A DNA stretch of 64,000 nucleotides, taken from Octopus vulgaris (taxonomy: Eukaryota). Positions 39,755 through 52,839 of this stretch are shown piece by piece. Numbering within the stretch: position 1 is the stretch's first letter; every line of letters starts with the position of its first letter. A model generated the notes under the pieces. That model was not told the DNA's origin. It saw nothing but the letters and a program-made list of their open reading frames with translations, and did no database searches. The stretch is taken from NCBI GenBank assembly GCA_951406725.2, contig OX597814.1:2852001-2916000 (forward strand), written 5' to 3'. The translations under genes were made by a program, and so were the position numbers.

Positions 39755-39842
39755 TTGTATTTATTCCTTTGTTATCCACAGGGGGCTAAACATAGAGGGG
39801 TCAAGCAAGGACAGACAAAAAGATTAAGTCGATTACATCGAT
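39755..39842 (-). mobile_element. SINE family B tail-1 fragment
   Basis: ccacagggggctaaacatagagggg ... gattaagtcgattacatcga. Confidence 0.7.
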
Positions 39843-39844
39843 TT

Positions 39845-40030
39845 AATTTCTTCATTGCAAATGGTCCTGCTCTTTTTTTAAATGTTATCCCGAAAGAAAT
39901 TAAAGTAGAAAAAGACCCCCACAACTTTCGAACGGTACCTGGACAAATTCCTCCAGGAAATACCGGATAAACCACCAACACCTGGATACGTCTCATCCAA
40001 CAGCAACTCTTTGCTTGTGTGGTCCATGAT
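39845..40030 (+). mobile_element. CR1-group LINE ORF2 C-terminal fragment
   Basis: FFIANGPALF, NVIPKEIK, LDKFLQEIPDKPPTPGYVSSNSNSLL. Confidence 0.6.
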
Positions 40031-40959
40031 GTCCCGAAATAATTAACTAGTACTGAACTCGGAACCGTCCTGGTTGGTTAGGAAGCTACTTACCGCACAT
40101 TCACTCCTATATACCTTTTATAAACAATTTACAATTTACAATTGTACTTTGGGAAGAATTTTTTTACCTTCTCTCAAATATCTTTACATACCCAAAACGA
40201 ATATTTACGAGAATAGTGATCCCAAACCAACCAAGCCCCAATTATTGATGATATCGTAAGAGATAATATTGCAAAACGAACACGTGTTAACATGTATTGG
40301 ACGTTCATTATTTGTGTGTATGCAACTATTGTCATTCCTAAACAACAAATTAGAATGTGACTCAACCGCACGTGGTTATGAAATAACTGGAAGTATTCCA
40401 CTAGAGTGGATTGCAAAATGTGCGCCATAAAACCTGGCATTTAGTGGTACTGAAGAGATATAAATCAAGCAATAAGCTCATCCTCCATCGGCTATATGTT
40501 AGCGATAAAAATAAACCTGAAGAAAGTGCAATCTTCACCGTTTTCAGTGCAAAATTAAGGACTTCAAAGTAAGGGATCAGTGCAATGTCTTCAAGTAATT
40601 ATTTATCACGAGTTTACTTCTAACTCTGAAGCTGTGCAGCGGAAGAAAGATGGCGGAAAACATTCCTATCAAAAGAACTACAACAGAGAATAATCTCGGT
40701 CTAAAAATCCAGAATAAATATGAAGCTTTATAACCTCAATTTATGATGACGACATTAGTTCAGTGAGGGATGCTTCATCGTGTTCAGCAGAATAGAATTG
40801 TTGGTGGTGAAACGACTACAACTGTGAAAAAAAAAAACTGCTTGGTGGGAAGATAATAGGAAGTAGATGTAATTTTAGGATATTGATACAAACTGTCGGC
40901 GTTCTTCAATAAAAGTCAGTCGGGAGTTTATTTACAAACGAATTATTTATGGACGAATT

Positions 40960-41178
40960 GAACCCTTTAGAATTTCTCTGTCAAATGTAATGCTTATTTA
41001 TTCACATTGTTTTCAATTAACCTTTTCATTACCTCATAGCTTTGAGATTTCAATGATGGGATTGTGTACTTTTAGAATGACATTGTAGGGTAGATGTGAG
41101 AAGCCAGATCTGACCAGTTTGAACATGAAACAGAGTATTTGGACCGGATATGGCCTGTTTAAGTGCTAAGGAGCTAAA
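40960..41178. mobile_element. Decayed MITE with piggyBac-like ends
   Basis: Left aaccctttagaattt and right aagtgctaaggagctaa form degenerate inverted termini. Confidence 0.4.
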
Positions 41179-42289
41179 ATAATAAAAAAACAAACTGACT
41201 TGACTTAGCATGGAGAAGTCATCCACCCAACACCTAAAACCTGTACCTGCTAGAAAATTAAAGGACTTTTCCTGGAGTAAACACATGTATAAACTGTACA
41301 CAAGAAGCGCAAAACTATTCCTCACAAACGGTTTCGGAGCCCAACATGGCAATGACTGGGGTATTTAAAATCTATATAAAAGCAGAAAACTAATGAAAGA
41401 TGAGTTTTATTTATTTTGGCATTAAGTCTGCTATCGTTGCTTTTATACAGAATTCTATTGGTTTTATGCTACAGTCTTCGACGCCAAGAAACGTAAATGT
41501 AATCCATATTTATTTTTATAGAAGATATAAAGTTTTAGATTGAAAATATTTATAATGCAGAGAAACAGTTTTTATAGGAAGAAAATTTGATGAAAATTAT
41601 TTCTTCGTATTTGATGATGGAATGTGGAAACCGCTTCCCAAACGAGAAACCTTATTAGCATCAGAGTTCGACAAAACGGATGTTATGAAAATTTATCTTC
41701 ACAGGGGATATAAACAAAAATACTAATAAACAAGAATAATAGATATAAACAATAATATACCTGACTTTAAGGAATATGCCAATCGGAGATTTTTTTATAT
41801 CAAGCAATGCAATTGCTGTACCGTTAATAGTGCCACTATGAGAACATTTAAATGGAGTACAGATAAAAACTTTCCCCATAGATATAACACAAGTGATGGC
41901 ATTATCCTGACGTCAGCTGGAATGGTGTACAGAAACAGAGATGTGGATAGACTTTATCTGGGAGGAAACTACAGACCTATAAGAAGCATATTTTGAATGT
42001 CCTGCACCATTATCATAACAGCATCTGCTAGACAACAACAGTAACAACAACGAGAACAGTAAAACAAATACAACCGAATGACAAGAGCGAGGAAAGAACT
42101 ACGCTGAAAAAGTTGAGGCTGAAACGTTGAAGGGGTACTTAGTCTCCCAAGATACTCCTTACTCCTTAGAGACAGATGTATCAACAAGCACACGAAAGAC
42201 AAACACTTTGTATACCAATAAAATATAATGTCTGGTTATATCTTGTAGAAATTGACAAATTATAAACAGTATAAACAAATCATAAACAT

Positions 42290-42454
42290 TGGGTGCAGGA
42301 GTGGCTGTGTGGTAAGTAGCTTGCTTACCAACCACATGGTTCCGCATTCAATCCCACTGCGTGGCACCTTGGGCAAGTGTCTTCTACTATAGCCTCGGGC
42401 TGACCAAAGCCTTGTGAGTGGATTTGGTAGACGGAAACTGAAAGAAGCCCGTCG

Positions 42455-42491
<37 letters not shown>

Positions 42492-42705
42492 TTGTGTGTC
42501 TGTGTTTGTTCCCCCCAACATCGCTTGACAACCGAGCTGGTGTGTTTATGTACCCGTAACTTAGCGGTTCGGCAAAAAGAGACCGATAGAATGAGTACAA
42601 GGCTTACAAAAGAATAAGTCCTGGGGTCGATTTGCTCGACTAAAGGCGGTGCTCCAGCATGACCGCAGTCAAATGACTGAAACAAGTAAGAGAGTAAAAG
42701 AGTAA
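42290..42705 (+). mobile_element. SINE family A, full length
   Basis: Matches the 33225 copy along its length. Confidence 0.93.
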
Positions 42706-42901
42706 ATGTGTCTTGCACAATCATCCCTTCACCAGAACACTCTCTAATGCTGCTTAAGACACACCATATCACCTGCTGCCACCGGCGCTACGTATGTTTA
42801 TCAACAGCAATTATAATAAATACAATAATCCATCAATGCTTTCTGCCACAACACACGAGAAAGACCTGCGGATAGTAATTCTCCAATTATTTTCCATCTT
42901 A

Positions 42902-43341
42902 TATTTCATAAAAGGAATATCTCCCGAAATATTGTAGAAATATTAAACAAACTCTACAGCGTGATACAATATCTTGTCTTTCAACCGATTCTGATGAACT
43001 TGACACACACATAGCCCAATGTCATAATTCAAAACTAACGCAGCGAAAATTTTGAAAAGTTCCCCCAGTTCTGAAATCGATAAATTCGACATGGGGTCGA
43101 GAATCAGAAACACAAACCACACTGTCTAGGACAAGCAACTCGACCTTTTTAACTAAAAAAATTTACCATCATTTTTTTCCCATTTTTTTGCTATTTTTGC
43201 ATATCTCTAAAATGCTTTATAGTTATTTTCCTTACAAACCCGAGCAAGCGGCGATACTGCTAGTATTTCATAAAGGAATATCTCCGAAATATTGTAGAAA
43301 TATTAAACAAACTCTACAGCGTGATACAATATCTTGTCTTT
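42902..43341 (+). repeat. About 78-80-bp direct repeat pair
   Basis: tatttcataaa(a)ggaatatctcc(c)gaaatattg...tcttgtcttt at 42902-42981 and 43264-43341. Confidence 0.92.
42982..43263 (+). mobile_element. Helitron-like 3' fragment
   Basis: Ends cccgagcaagcggcgatactgCTAG followed by T; internal aaccgattctgatgaacttg motif; flanked by a direct repeat. Confidence 0.6.
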
Positions 43342-44567
43342 GTTTTTATTTTTTGGCAGCATTTTGCCAAGTTTGGCCAACTTTTCACCTGCATTGCTTA
43401 AAGTTCTTCTTAAACGTATTTATATCATTTGAGAATTATACTTATATATTGGAGAAATTTTAACTTCCGTTCTGCTCATGATAGTTGCATTATATCGTAT
43501 TTTGACATTTATGCGTTCACAACCCTAAAGCAGGAGATAGCAACGAAATATCTGTTGAACATAAGAGATAATGAAGCCCCTAAACTCCCAAGATGCAACA
43601 GAAAATATCGATTTTACCAACATATCTTTTGAAGATATAAAATATTTTATCAGTATATTCTGAAAAAAGTACATCAAGATACCACTTTTTAAGCGTCATA
43701 ACATTATTTCTAAAACAATATAAAATATGATTCGTCGGAAGCACAGCTCCGGGACAAATCTATAAAAATTCCTGATGTTCAATATATTCATACATTGCAA
43801 TAAAAGAAATATTAGTGGAACATTCCAATCAAATCTTCCACAATCTACAAACAATGCATACATAACTTAAATTGTGAGAAAGAAAACTTAAACATTTTGT
43901 ATTTCTGTAATGTTCAGCTGCCCAACTGATGTGGACATTTCATTCGAAAGTAAAAGGAAAGCAAGATCGCTTAAGACAACTGCTTCGAAGCGTACAGCTT
44001 GTCTCCATAAATGAGATATTTACATTTCCATCTGTAATGACTGACGCACCATGACGCTGTTTAGCTGCGACCTTCGAAGAAAGACGCCATTTAACACGTA
44101 CACTGAACACACTATATGTGAACTGTACAGAAAAAATTATGCAAGAATTTCCTAAACTTTAAATTATAATCTCGATTTTTACCGTCGTTGCGGTTGATTT
44201 TATCTAAATTCCATTGATAGAGATTTTTTTTGGCAGTGAAATAGGAGAAGGTTTTTAGGGAAGGTTTTTAAAATTAATTACATACAGATATCCATCCACA
44301 TTTACAGATGTGTGTGTGTGCGCGCGTATGTGTTTGAGTGTGTGTGTACGTATAGATGAAGTTATCCAAAAATAATTAAAAAATGAATACTTAATTAGAG
44401 GAAACTTGTTATATTTGTGTTGGGGAGACTGGGACAATAAAATATGACGAATTCATTCGAAATTCAAATCCAAGAGAGAAAAGAGATGATTATGTCAGTT
44501 GTCATCCAATAGTCTATGATAAACCACTCCAGCCATGATGCCTTCGTTATCATCATTTATTTTTATT

Positions 44568-44895
44568 AAGGGGGCGAGATGGCAGAATTGTTAGCACGTC
44601 GGGCAAAATCCTTAGCAGCACATAGTCCATCTTTACATTCTGAGTTCAAATTCCGCCGAGGGTGACACTTTGACTTTCATCCTTTCGGGGTCGATAAATT
44701 AAGTACCAGTGAAACAATGGAGTCGATGTAATCGATTAGTCCCCTCTCCCCAAATTTCAGGTCTTGTAACTTTAGTAGAAAGGATTATTAAGGCGGCGAG
44801 CTGGGTGAGTCGTTAGCACTTCGAGCAAAATGCTCTAGTCCGTCTTCACGTCCTGAGTTCAAATTCCACCGAGACCGACTTTACTTTTCATCTTA
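44568..44895 (+). mobile_element. Two adjacent SINE family B copies (full and 3'-truncated)
   Basis: Heads at 44568 (aggggggcgagatggcag-like) and 44790 (aggcggcgagctgg). Confidence 0.8.
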
Positions 44896-44963
44896 TGAGA
44901 CTTCGAAGACAGTTGGTGCCATAAATTCCAAAATAAAATTTAGGATTTATAGAGGGTCAAAGT

Positions 44964-45289
<326 letters not shown>

Positions 45290-45331
45290 CGTATATATAT
45301 GTGTATATTTATGTATGTATATATATATACA

Positions 45332-45425
<94 letters not shown>

Positions 45426-45588
45426 TTAGAGACAAAACCACTATTTTGCAAATCAAACAAAGAAAGACTTAATCCAATACATAAAAAAATTTTAATATAA
45501 ATGCATATATATACATCTTATGTAGGATAAAATTTTTCGAATAAAATTCTATCAATGGCCAGCATACCTTTAAAGGTATTTTTAAATA

Positions 45589-45624
<36 letters not shown>

Positions 45625-45708
45625 CTTGGATTTATTTTCTTGATCATTTCGGTTAAACGAACGAAAGCGTTAATAAAAATGTTATCCAAAATTCTGGCTG
45701 CCTTCCTT

Positions 45709-45769
<61 letters not shown>

Positions 45770-46501
45770 TCTATATACACATACACAAACACAGTTTATA
45801 TAATATGTCTAGACATATCTGCTAAAATTTATACGCTCACAATAATACACATATACGTATTATGTTATTATTCACATACCAGTGAACGCTACAGAAACAC
45901 ATACATACAACCATACCCTCGAACACGAGTACATGTATATGCATGACATACATAAGTGTGTATGGATATGTGTGTGCGTGTGTATATATATGTATAGAGG
46001 ATGATTACTTGAGGCTTTATATATATATATATATATACACATGTAAACATACAACATACATAAAATACCATAGTCTAGTCCTTCACCTTACCCTTTAATC
46101 ATTGCTTACCCGAAGCCGGGTACATAGCCATCCAATATACACCCTGTTTACACACAGATAGCAGTTTTGTCTACAATACTGTTTAAACGGTTCGCTGTAT
46201 CTTACGTTTGTTATGATGATGACAAATATGGCCGACATCTTGACATGTTGTCATGCGTTTTGTGCTGTTTACCTCTATTTAGACTGTCTGTCACGTATTC
46301 ACTTCCTGCCTGTAAACTTCCATCTTCGAGACACGACGATTTTATTGACATACAACTACAACGGTAGCACCGCAACCACCCTCCAGCACTACCACCACCA
46401 CCACCACCACCGCCACCACGTAGCAGTGGTAGTCCTATAACAACTATAGTACTGGCTACTTTTACCCCTCACGTTACTACTACTACTACTACTACTACTA
46501 A

Positions 46502-46570
<69 letters not shown>

Positions 46571-46718
46571 CATAATTCTTCTATTTATTTCTGTATAACT
46601 TCTGGAGGAGTTACCTCAGTCCTATATAATCTTAACAAAAAAAATTAAGTAGACTGACATGTAATTTTTTAATCAAATATCGTTCAACCAATTTCACATA
46701 ATAACCATGGCACTCTTC

Positions 46719-46821
<103 letters not shown>

Positions 46822-46921
46822 CATAATGATAATAATAATAATGATAATAGTAATAATAATAATAATAATAAAATTAATAATAATAATGATAATAATAATA
46901 ATCATAATGATAATAATAATT

Positions 46922-47852
46922 GTTGCAAAGAAGGTGAAAATGATGGCAATGAAAAAAGCGCACGAGCAATTGGCTGATAGGTGGGAGGAGAAACCTCTGC
47001 ACGGCAAATATATGACCCGCAGCAAACAAGCTGATGTTGACCAGAAGCAAACCCATCAGTGGCTGCGGAGCTCAGGGCTAAAAGCAGAGAGCGAAGGTTT
47101 CATCCTGGCTGCTCAAGACCAAAGCCTATCAACCCGGAACTACCAGGCCAATGTGATGAAAATGGAGCAGACCCAAAATGCCGATTCTGCAACGACATGA
47201 TTGAAACAGTGGACCACCTAATCTCTGGATGTAAAGTCTTAGCACCAGTGGAGTATAAATTAAGACATGACAGAGTTGGCCAATATCTCCACTGGCTAAT
47301 AAGTCGGCATTACAATATCAAAACTGCCGACAAGTGGTATAATCACCACCCTGAGGCTGTAACTGAAGGAGAAAATGTAACCATTCTGTGGGACTTTCCA
47401 GTACATACAGACCGAACCATCAAGGCCAATAAACCAGATATTGTTGTGAAAGACCAAAACAATAAAGTTTGCTTATTGATCGACATGAGCATCCCCTGTG
47501 ATCATAATATCTCAGCGAAAGAGTTTGACAAGCTCAGAAAATATAAAGACCTACTCATTGAAATTGAGAAAATGTGGCATCTCAAGGCGGTTACAATACC
47601 AGTGATCGTAGGAGCACTAGGAATGATCAAGATGGGAACCGAAAATTATATGAGAATGATCCCTGGCTTACCATCCCTGCAAGAAGTGCAAAAGATTGTC
47701 TTAACTGGTATTGAGAAGAGCATTGTCGATGTGAGAACTGTTGCTGCTCATGTATTTTAATTTAACTTTAAAAAAAAAAAAAAAAATGAACGAACTACTG
47801 AGTTTGACTTAATGGCCTACCAATATACACTATGAGTTTCTTTGCCCTAGGA
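46922..47852 (+). mobile_element. R4/Dong-type LINE 3' part inserted in (TAA)n
   Basis: WEEKPLHGKY, ESEGFILAAQDQSL, CRFCNDMIETVDHLISGC, RHDRVG, ANKPDIVV, KYKDLLIEIEKMW. One frameshift near 47160; (AAT)n on both flanks. Confidence 0.95.
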
Positions 47853-47911
47853 GTAATAATAGATAATAATAATAATAATGGAATAATAATAATAATGATA
47901 ATAAGAAATAA

Positions 47912-47981
<70 letters not shown>

Positions 47982-47987
47982 GGATAA

Positions 47988-48018
<31 letters not shown>

Positions 48019-48082
48019 AAGAAGAAGAAGAAGAAGAAGAAGAAGAAGAAGAAGAAGAAGAAGAAGAAGAAGAAGAAGAAGA
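47853..48082. repeat. (AAT)n then (AAG)n microsatellites
   Basis: Direct reading. Confidence 0.95.
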
Positions 48083-48094
48083 GTAACGATGATG

Positions 48095-48240
48095 ATTTCA
48101 AATTTTGGTACAAGGTCAGCAAGTTCGGGGATGGGTGTAAGTACCAGTGTTCAACTGGTACTTATTTAAAACTAGAGTGGGTAATCGACCCCGGAAGGAT
48201 GAAAGGCAAAGTTGACCGTCGCGGAATTTTAACTCAGTAA
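48095..48240 (-). mobile_element. SINE family B fragment, diverged
   Basis: tcgaccccggaaggatgaaaggcaaagttgacc. Confidence 0.65.
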
Positions 48241-48329
48241 TTCGGTAAAATAACAAAAAAATATTGATAAAACTCAGCGAGATAACAAACGCAGAATCTG
48301 TGGAAAAGGTGACGAATACACCAACCATC

Positions 48330-48800
48330 TATTAAGTGAATAACAAGAGTATAGGCACGGGAATGACTGTATCGGTAAAAGAATGCATCGGGATGTTAGT
48401 AGAGTGCCATCGGGGAGCATTACTGGTTCCGGATAATTTCTATAGTGATGGTAAAGCCGCCATCCAGGTCCGCCCGGGATGCATGCAAAACAATGAAACC
48501 ATTCTACATGCACTATTGCAGTACTCGAGCATTTCTGGTTTGTGAACGAGTTCGGTGATCATCCGACTACATTGTAACGATCAACGGGCCAACATCTTTT
48601 GGCCGGTCAAGGCAAGTAGCATTCCTTTGTTTGATGAGAGGAGGCTACTGCCCCCCCCCCTCACTCCCACTGAATTTCTAAGAAGTTGGGCGAATGTGAT
48701 GAGAATAGCATTCATGAATAGATCTACTCTAAGCATATGCTTGTCGGCTGAATATGACGAAGGAGGCGGGGAACATTTTCTATGGTGTTCATAACGAGCA
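48330..48800 (-). mobile_element. Possible decayed Ty3/Gypsy integrase remnant
   Basis: Fragments SHHIRPT, DVGPL and VEWFHCFACIP occur in the order expected for SHPGIRAT, DLVGPL and WISRFGVP; many disablements. Confidence 0.35.
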
Positions 48801-48892
48801 GGGAGACTCGAAGCCTGTGGAGGTCCTTGATAGCCCAAGAAGTCCTCTTTGATCAGAAAGATTGCATCATCATGATATTGATAATACGGTGT

Positions 48893-49281
48893 GGAGGCGC
48901 AATGGCCCAGTGGTTAGGGCAGCGGACTCGCGGTCGTAGGTTCGCGGTTTCGATTCCCAGACCGGGCGTTGTGAGTGTTTATTGAGCGAAAACACCTAAA
49001 GCTCCACGAGGCTCCGGCAGGGGATGGTGGTGATCCCTGCTGTACTCTTTCACCACAACTTTCTCTCACTCTTACTTCCTGTTTCTGTTGTACCTGTATT
49101 TCAAAGGGCCGGCCTTGTCACTCTCTGTGTCACGCTGAATATCCCCGAGAACTACGTTAAGGGTACACGTGTCTGTGGAGTGCTCAGCCACTTACACGTT
49201 AATTTCACGAGCAGGCTGTTCCGTTGATTCGGATCAACCGGAAACCTCATCGTCGTAACCGACGGAGTGCTTCTAAAAAAA
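48893..49281 (+). mobile_element. SINE family C, full length, 10-bp TSD
   Basis: TSD aatacggtgt at 48883-48892 and 49282-49291. Confidence 0.95.
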
Positions 49282-49435
49282 AATACGGTGTACCATGCAC
49301 AGATTTTTAAAATCCTTCCATTCTATGTAAACCCTCACACTTAATGTCTATCTTTGTATGGTCCTCTTCGTCCGCCACCCTAATGGCAAATATAAACCTC
49401 ATCATCATCATCATCATCATCATTATTATTATTAT

Positions 49436-49705
49436 GGGTTTTTCTTCTTCTTTCAAATTTGCTTCCATTTCTTGCCGAGTGTCTTCCCGACTCCTAGGGC
49501 AAAGAAACTCATAGTATACATTGGTAGGCCATTAAACTAAACTCACTAGTTCGTTCATTTTTTGTTTTTTAAAGTTAAATTAAAATACATGGGTAGTAAT
49601 AGTTCTCACATCGACAATGCTCTTCTCAATAAGTGTGATGTACCAGTTAAGACAATCTTTTGCACTTCTTGCAGGGATGGTAAGCCAGGTATCATTCTCA
49701 TATAT
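49436..49705 (-). mobile_element. Dong-type LINE extreme 3' end
   Basis: Reverse complement of 47646-47852 plus the terminal UTR; flanked by (ATT)n. Confidence 0.9.
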
Positions 49706-49711
49706 TATTAC

Positions 49712-49777
<66 letters not shown>

Positions 49778-50595
49778 CATTATTATTATTATTATTAATA
49801 TTATAGTTTTTATATCCGTTTTCATATTTCTATTTAAACTTCTCTCCACTACTTCTGTTTTGAGTTCTATTTTTCCTGTTTTTTCCTGCATCAGACATAT
49901 TTCAAAAGCTCAATATCTTATTTATGAATAATAAAAACAAGAAAGAGTTTACTGGATAAACTGGTCCTTCATCTTCATAGTTTGGCGCTGAAAAGATGGC
50001 TCAGGCATACATTTCATCTAAACTCGATCAAGTTCGGTCAGTGTCCACAAACAACCAGCAACGACCGCAACCGCTCCTAGGTTTCATGTATAATAAAAGT
50101 AGATACCAGTAGTGCTTAAAGGTGTATTATTAGACATTTAATTTACTGTTGAAGACTTGTGGAATCCTGCTCTCGCTAGAAGCCCCTTAATTCAAATTAT
50201 AACTCTTTTACTCTTTTACTTGTTTCAGTCATTTGACTGCGGCCATGCTGGAGCACCGCCTTTAAGTCGAGCAAATCGACCCCGGGACTTATTCTTTGTA
50301 AGCCCAGTACTTATTCTATCGGTCTCTTTTGCCGAACCGCTAGGTAACGGGGACATAAACACACCAACATCGGTTGTCAAGCAATGCTAGGGGGGACAAA
50401 CACAGACACACAAACACACACACGCGCATATATACACTTGCGTGTGAAATTAATTAGCACTTCTCAAATTTCTACATTTTCTTACATTTTCTTAATTTAA
50501 TTAACTTATTATCAGAAACGAACTCGTTTTTAATCAAAAGTTTATTAAAACATATCCCAGCATACCACATAATTGTTATTAATCGTGAAATTTAG

Positions 50596-51593
50596 TCAAT
50601 ATCTTGTTGCTCCTCCTTTGGCAGCAATGACAGCTGCTACGCGGGCCGGCATGCTGTCTATGAGTGCCTGCAGGTACTGTGCAGGGATGGCCCTCCATGC
50701 AGCAAGAAGTGCCCCAAACAGCTCGTGTCGGTTCCTGTATTGCTGCACATTCAAATCCCTACCCAATCGACTCCAGAGGTTCCCAATAGGGTTCAGTCCA
50801 TGACCATCACCCCATGGTCCTTGAAGAAACCGGTTGTGAGCTTGGCTGTGTGGGGAGGCGCGTTGTCCTGCTGGAGCACGTACTCCTCGCCACCAAAGAG
50901 GTATCCCGCAGAGGGTAGGGCAGCATTCCGTACTATCTCAACGTACTTTGCTGCGTTGATGTTGCCTTCGACGGCATAGAGCCGCCCAACACCACTGTAG
51001 CTGAACGCCCCCCACACCATCAGACCACCCCGACCATGCTTCATGGTGGGAGCAATGCAGTCTTTGTTGAAGCGCTCACCCCTGCGGCGTTGCACATGGA
51101 CAGGCTTGTCACTGACGAGACTGAATCGCGACTCGTCAGTGAACATCACTGTCCGCCACTGCTGCACGGTCCATGTCTTGTGGGCACGGGCCCAGAGCAG
51201 CCGCCTCTTCCGGTTTTGGGCTGTAAGGAGTGGCTTACAGGTGGCCCTACAGGATTTTAGACCAGCTTCCAGTAATCTGGTCTTGACGGTGGTTGTAGAC
51301 AACTGCTTCCCTGTCACCTTTTGCATCTCCTCCGCCAGTTGCCGGCTCGTTGCCCTTCGGTTGTTCAGTGACTTTCGGATCAGCATCCGGTCCGCCCGCT
51401 GGGTCGTCAGCCTCTTCCGTCCCCTACCGTTTTTGTCAGCTGCTGATCCGGTTTCCTCGTATTTCTTAAATAAGCACTGAATTGTGCGCCTGGCTACACC
51501 AAGTTTTCTGGCTATTGCAGCCTCCGACAGCTTCCCACGCCACGAGAGAGCCTCATACCGTCTCTCCAAGGTCATGCGAGGTCTTGGGCCCAT
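50596..51593 (-). pseudogene. Tc1 transposase with a single frameshifting deletion
   Basis: ORF 50793-51593: HTH, GRKRLTT, FTDESRF, MVWGAF, QQDNAPPH. Continues in another frame LNPIGNLW...DSMPARVAAVIAAKGGATRY to the stop at 50596-50598. Confidence 0.92.
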
Positions 51594-51767
51594 CTAGGAA
51601 TGAACGATAAAAAACAGTTATTTTCATTAAAACTATTCATTTGAATAATGTTATGCTATAACAAAACTGCTATGAGTTATTATTCATTAAACAAAAAAGA
51701 AAGAAAGCAGAATTTCTCACCTTATTTGATGTATAACAGAAAGTTTTGTGAACTGAAGTGACGTCAC
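51594..51767 (-). promoter_or_regulatory. Putative Tc1 promoter, short first exon and 127-nt 5' UTR intron
   Basis: Minus strand: palindrome gtgacgtcac (51758-51767), Inr-like TCAGTT (51751-51756), donor AAG|GTGAG at 51720, pyrimidine tract and TAG|ATG at 51594/51593. Confidence 0.5.
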
Positions 51768-52779
51768 GAAGCAGAGTGTAGGAGAATTTGTGAGGAAAAA
51801 AAATCTTGCAAATACAGAAATCAATTAACCTACGAGCTGTTCAAAACGTCTTACGCGATGAGAAAACTTAGTACGGTGTGATTTCGGTCCTTGCGAGGCG
51901 CTACCTATATCTATTAAACAAAGGAAGATTTGTCTGCATCCGCACTCCAAGTTGTTGTTGCACTGCTATGTCAACATCATTAGGCTGTAGACTCTCAAAC
52001 CGCTCTGCAAACAAAGTTACGCCATCGTTCTGCGCAACAGTGAACTCGCAACAAAGCAATAGTTCGAGATATGGCCACTAGGTGACAGCACATACCTTGG
52101 GTGAAGAGCAAATCAAGGGTGCTAATTAATTTCCGACGGTAGTGTATATGTATATACATATATACGACGGGCTTCTTTCAGTTTCCGTCTACGAAATCCA
52201 CTCACAAGGCTTTGGTCGGCGCGAGGCTATAGTAGAAGACACTTGCCCAAGGTGCCACGCAGTGGGACTGAACCCTGAACCATGTGGTTGGTAAACAAGC
52301 TACTTACCACGCAGCCACTCCTGCGCATAAGTGAATATAATTTTGACATTATGTGTATATATAGGCAAGGGTGTGCTAAGAACATCGGTGTTGATGTATA
52401 TGTTTGTATGTGTTTACAGTTTTGTTAATACTCCTTGGTTCAACGACATATGTACGGTGTCTGCTAGAGGGGATCGGTCGACAAACAGCGGAGCCAGTGA
52501 TTGTATATAAACAGAACAACACTCTCACCTTCCCTCTCTCCATCTCCTGCTCCCTCCCTCCCTCTCTTTCTCACTCACTTTCTCAATTACTCACTCACTC
52601 ACTCACTCACCATCTCTCTCTCTCTACATCTCCTTCTCTGATATACATGTATACGCACACACACACACACATATACAGACACATTGATATATACACGCCG
52701 AATGAAACAAACATATATATATATATACATGCATATTTATGTGTATGTATGCTTGTGTATATGTATATTTTTACACACG

Positions 52780-52839
<60 letters not shown>

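Larger units (their letters stand above)
50435..52144 (-). mobile_element. Tc1 (DD34E) DNA transposon, full length, TA target
   Basis: TIRs cacttgcgtgtgaaattaattagcac and gtgctaattaatttccgacggtagtg, with TA on both sides. Confidence 0.93.
50203..52327 (-). mobile_element. SINE family A split by a Tc1 insertion
   Basis: 3' half at 50203-50434 and 5' half at 52145-52327; they rejoin at the internal TA tract. Confidence 0.92.

Noticed and set aside
40350-40900. Possible Merlin/IS1016-like transposase remnant
   Set aside because: Only an IVGG-x-TTV resemblance; catalytic motifs and TIRs are not recoverable.
42100-42135. ctgaaaaagttgaggctgaaacgttg hammerhead-like string
   Set aside because: No stem I, weak stem II and a mismatched core.
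48893-48970. tRNA genes at SINE heads
   Set aside because: A and B boxes are present, but the heads run into SINE bodies with TSDs and lack a proper acceptor stem.
51043-51480. 145-aa plus-strand ORF inside the Tc1
   Set aside because: Antisense shadow of the GC-rich transposase ORF.
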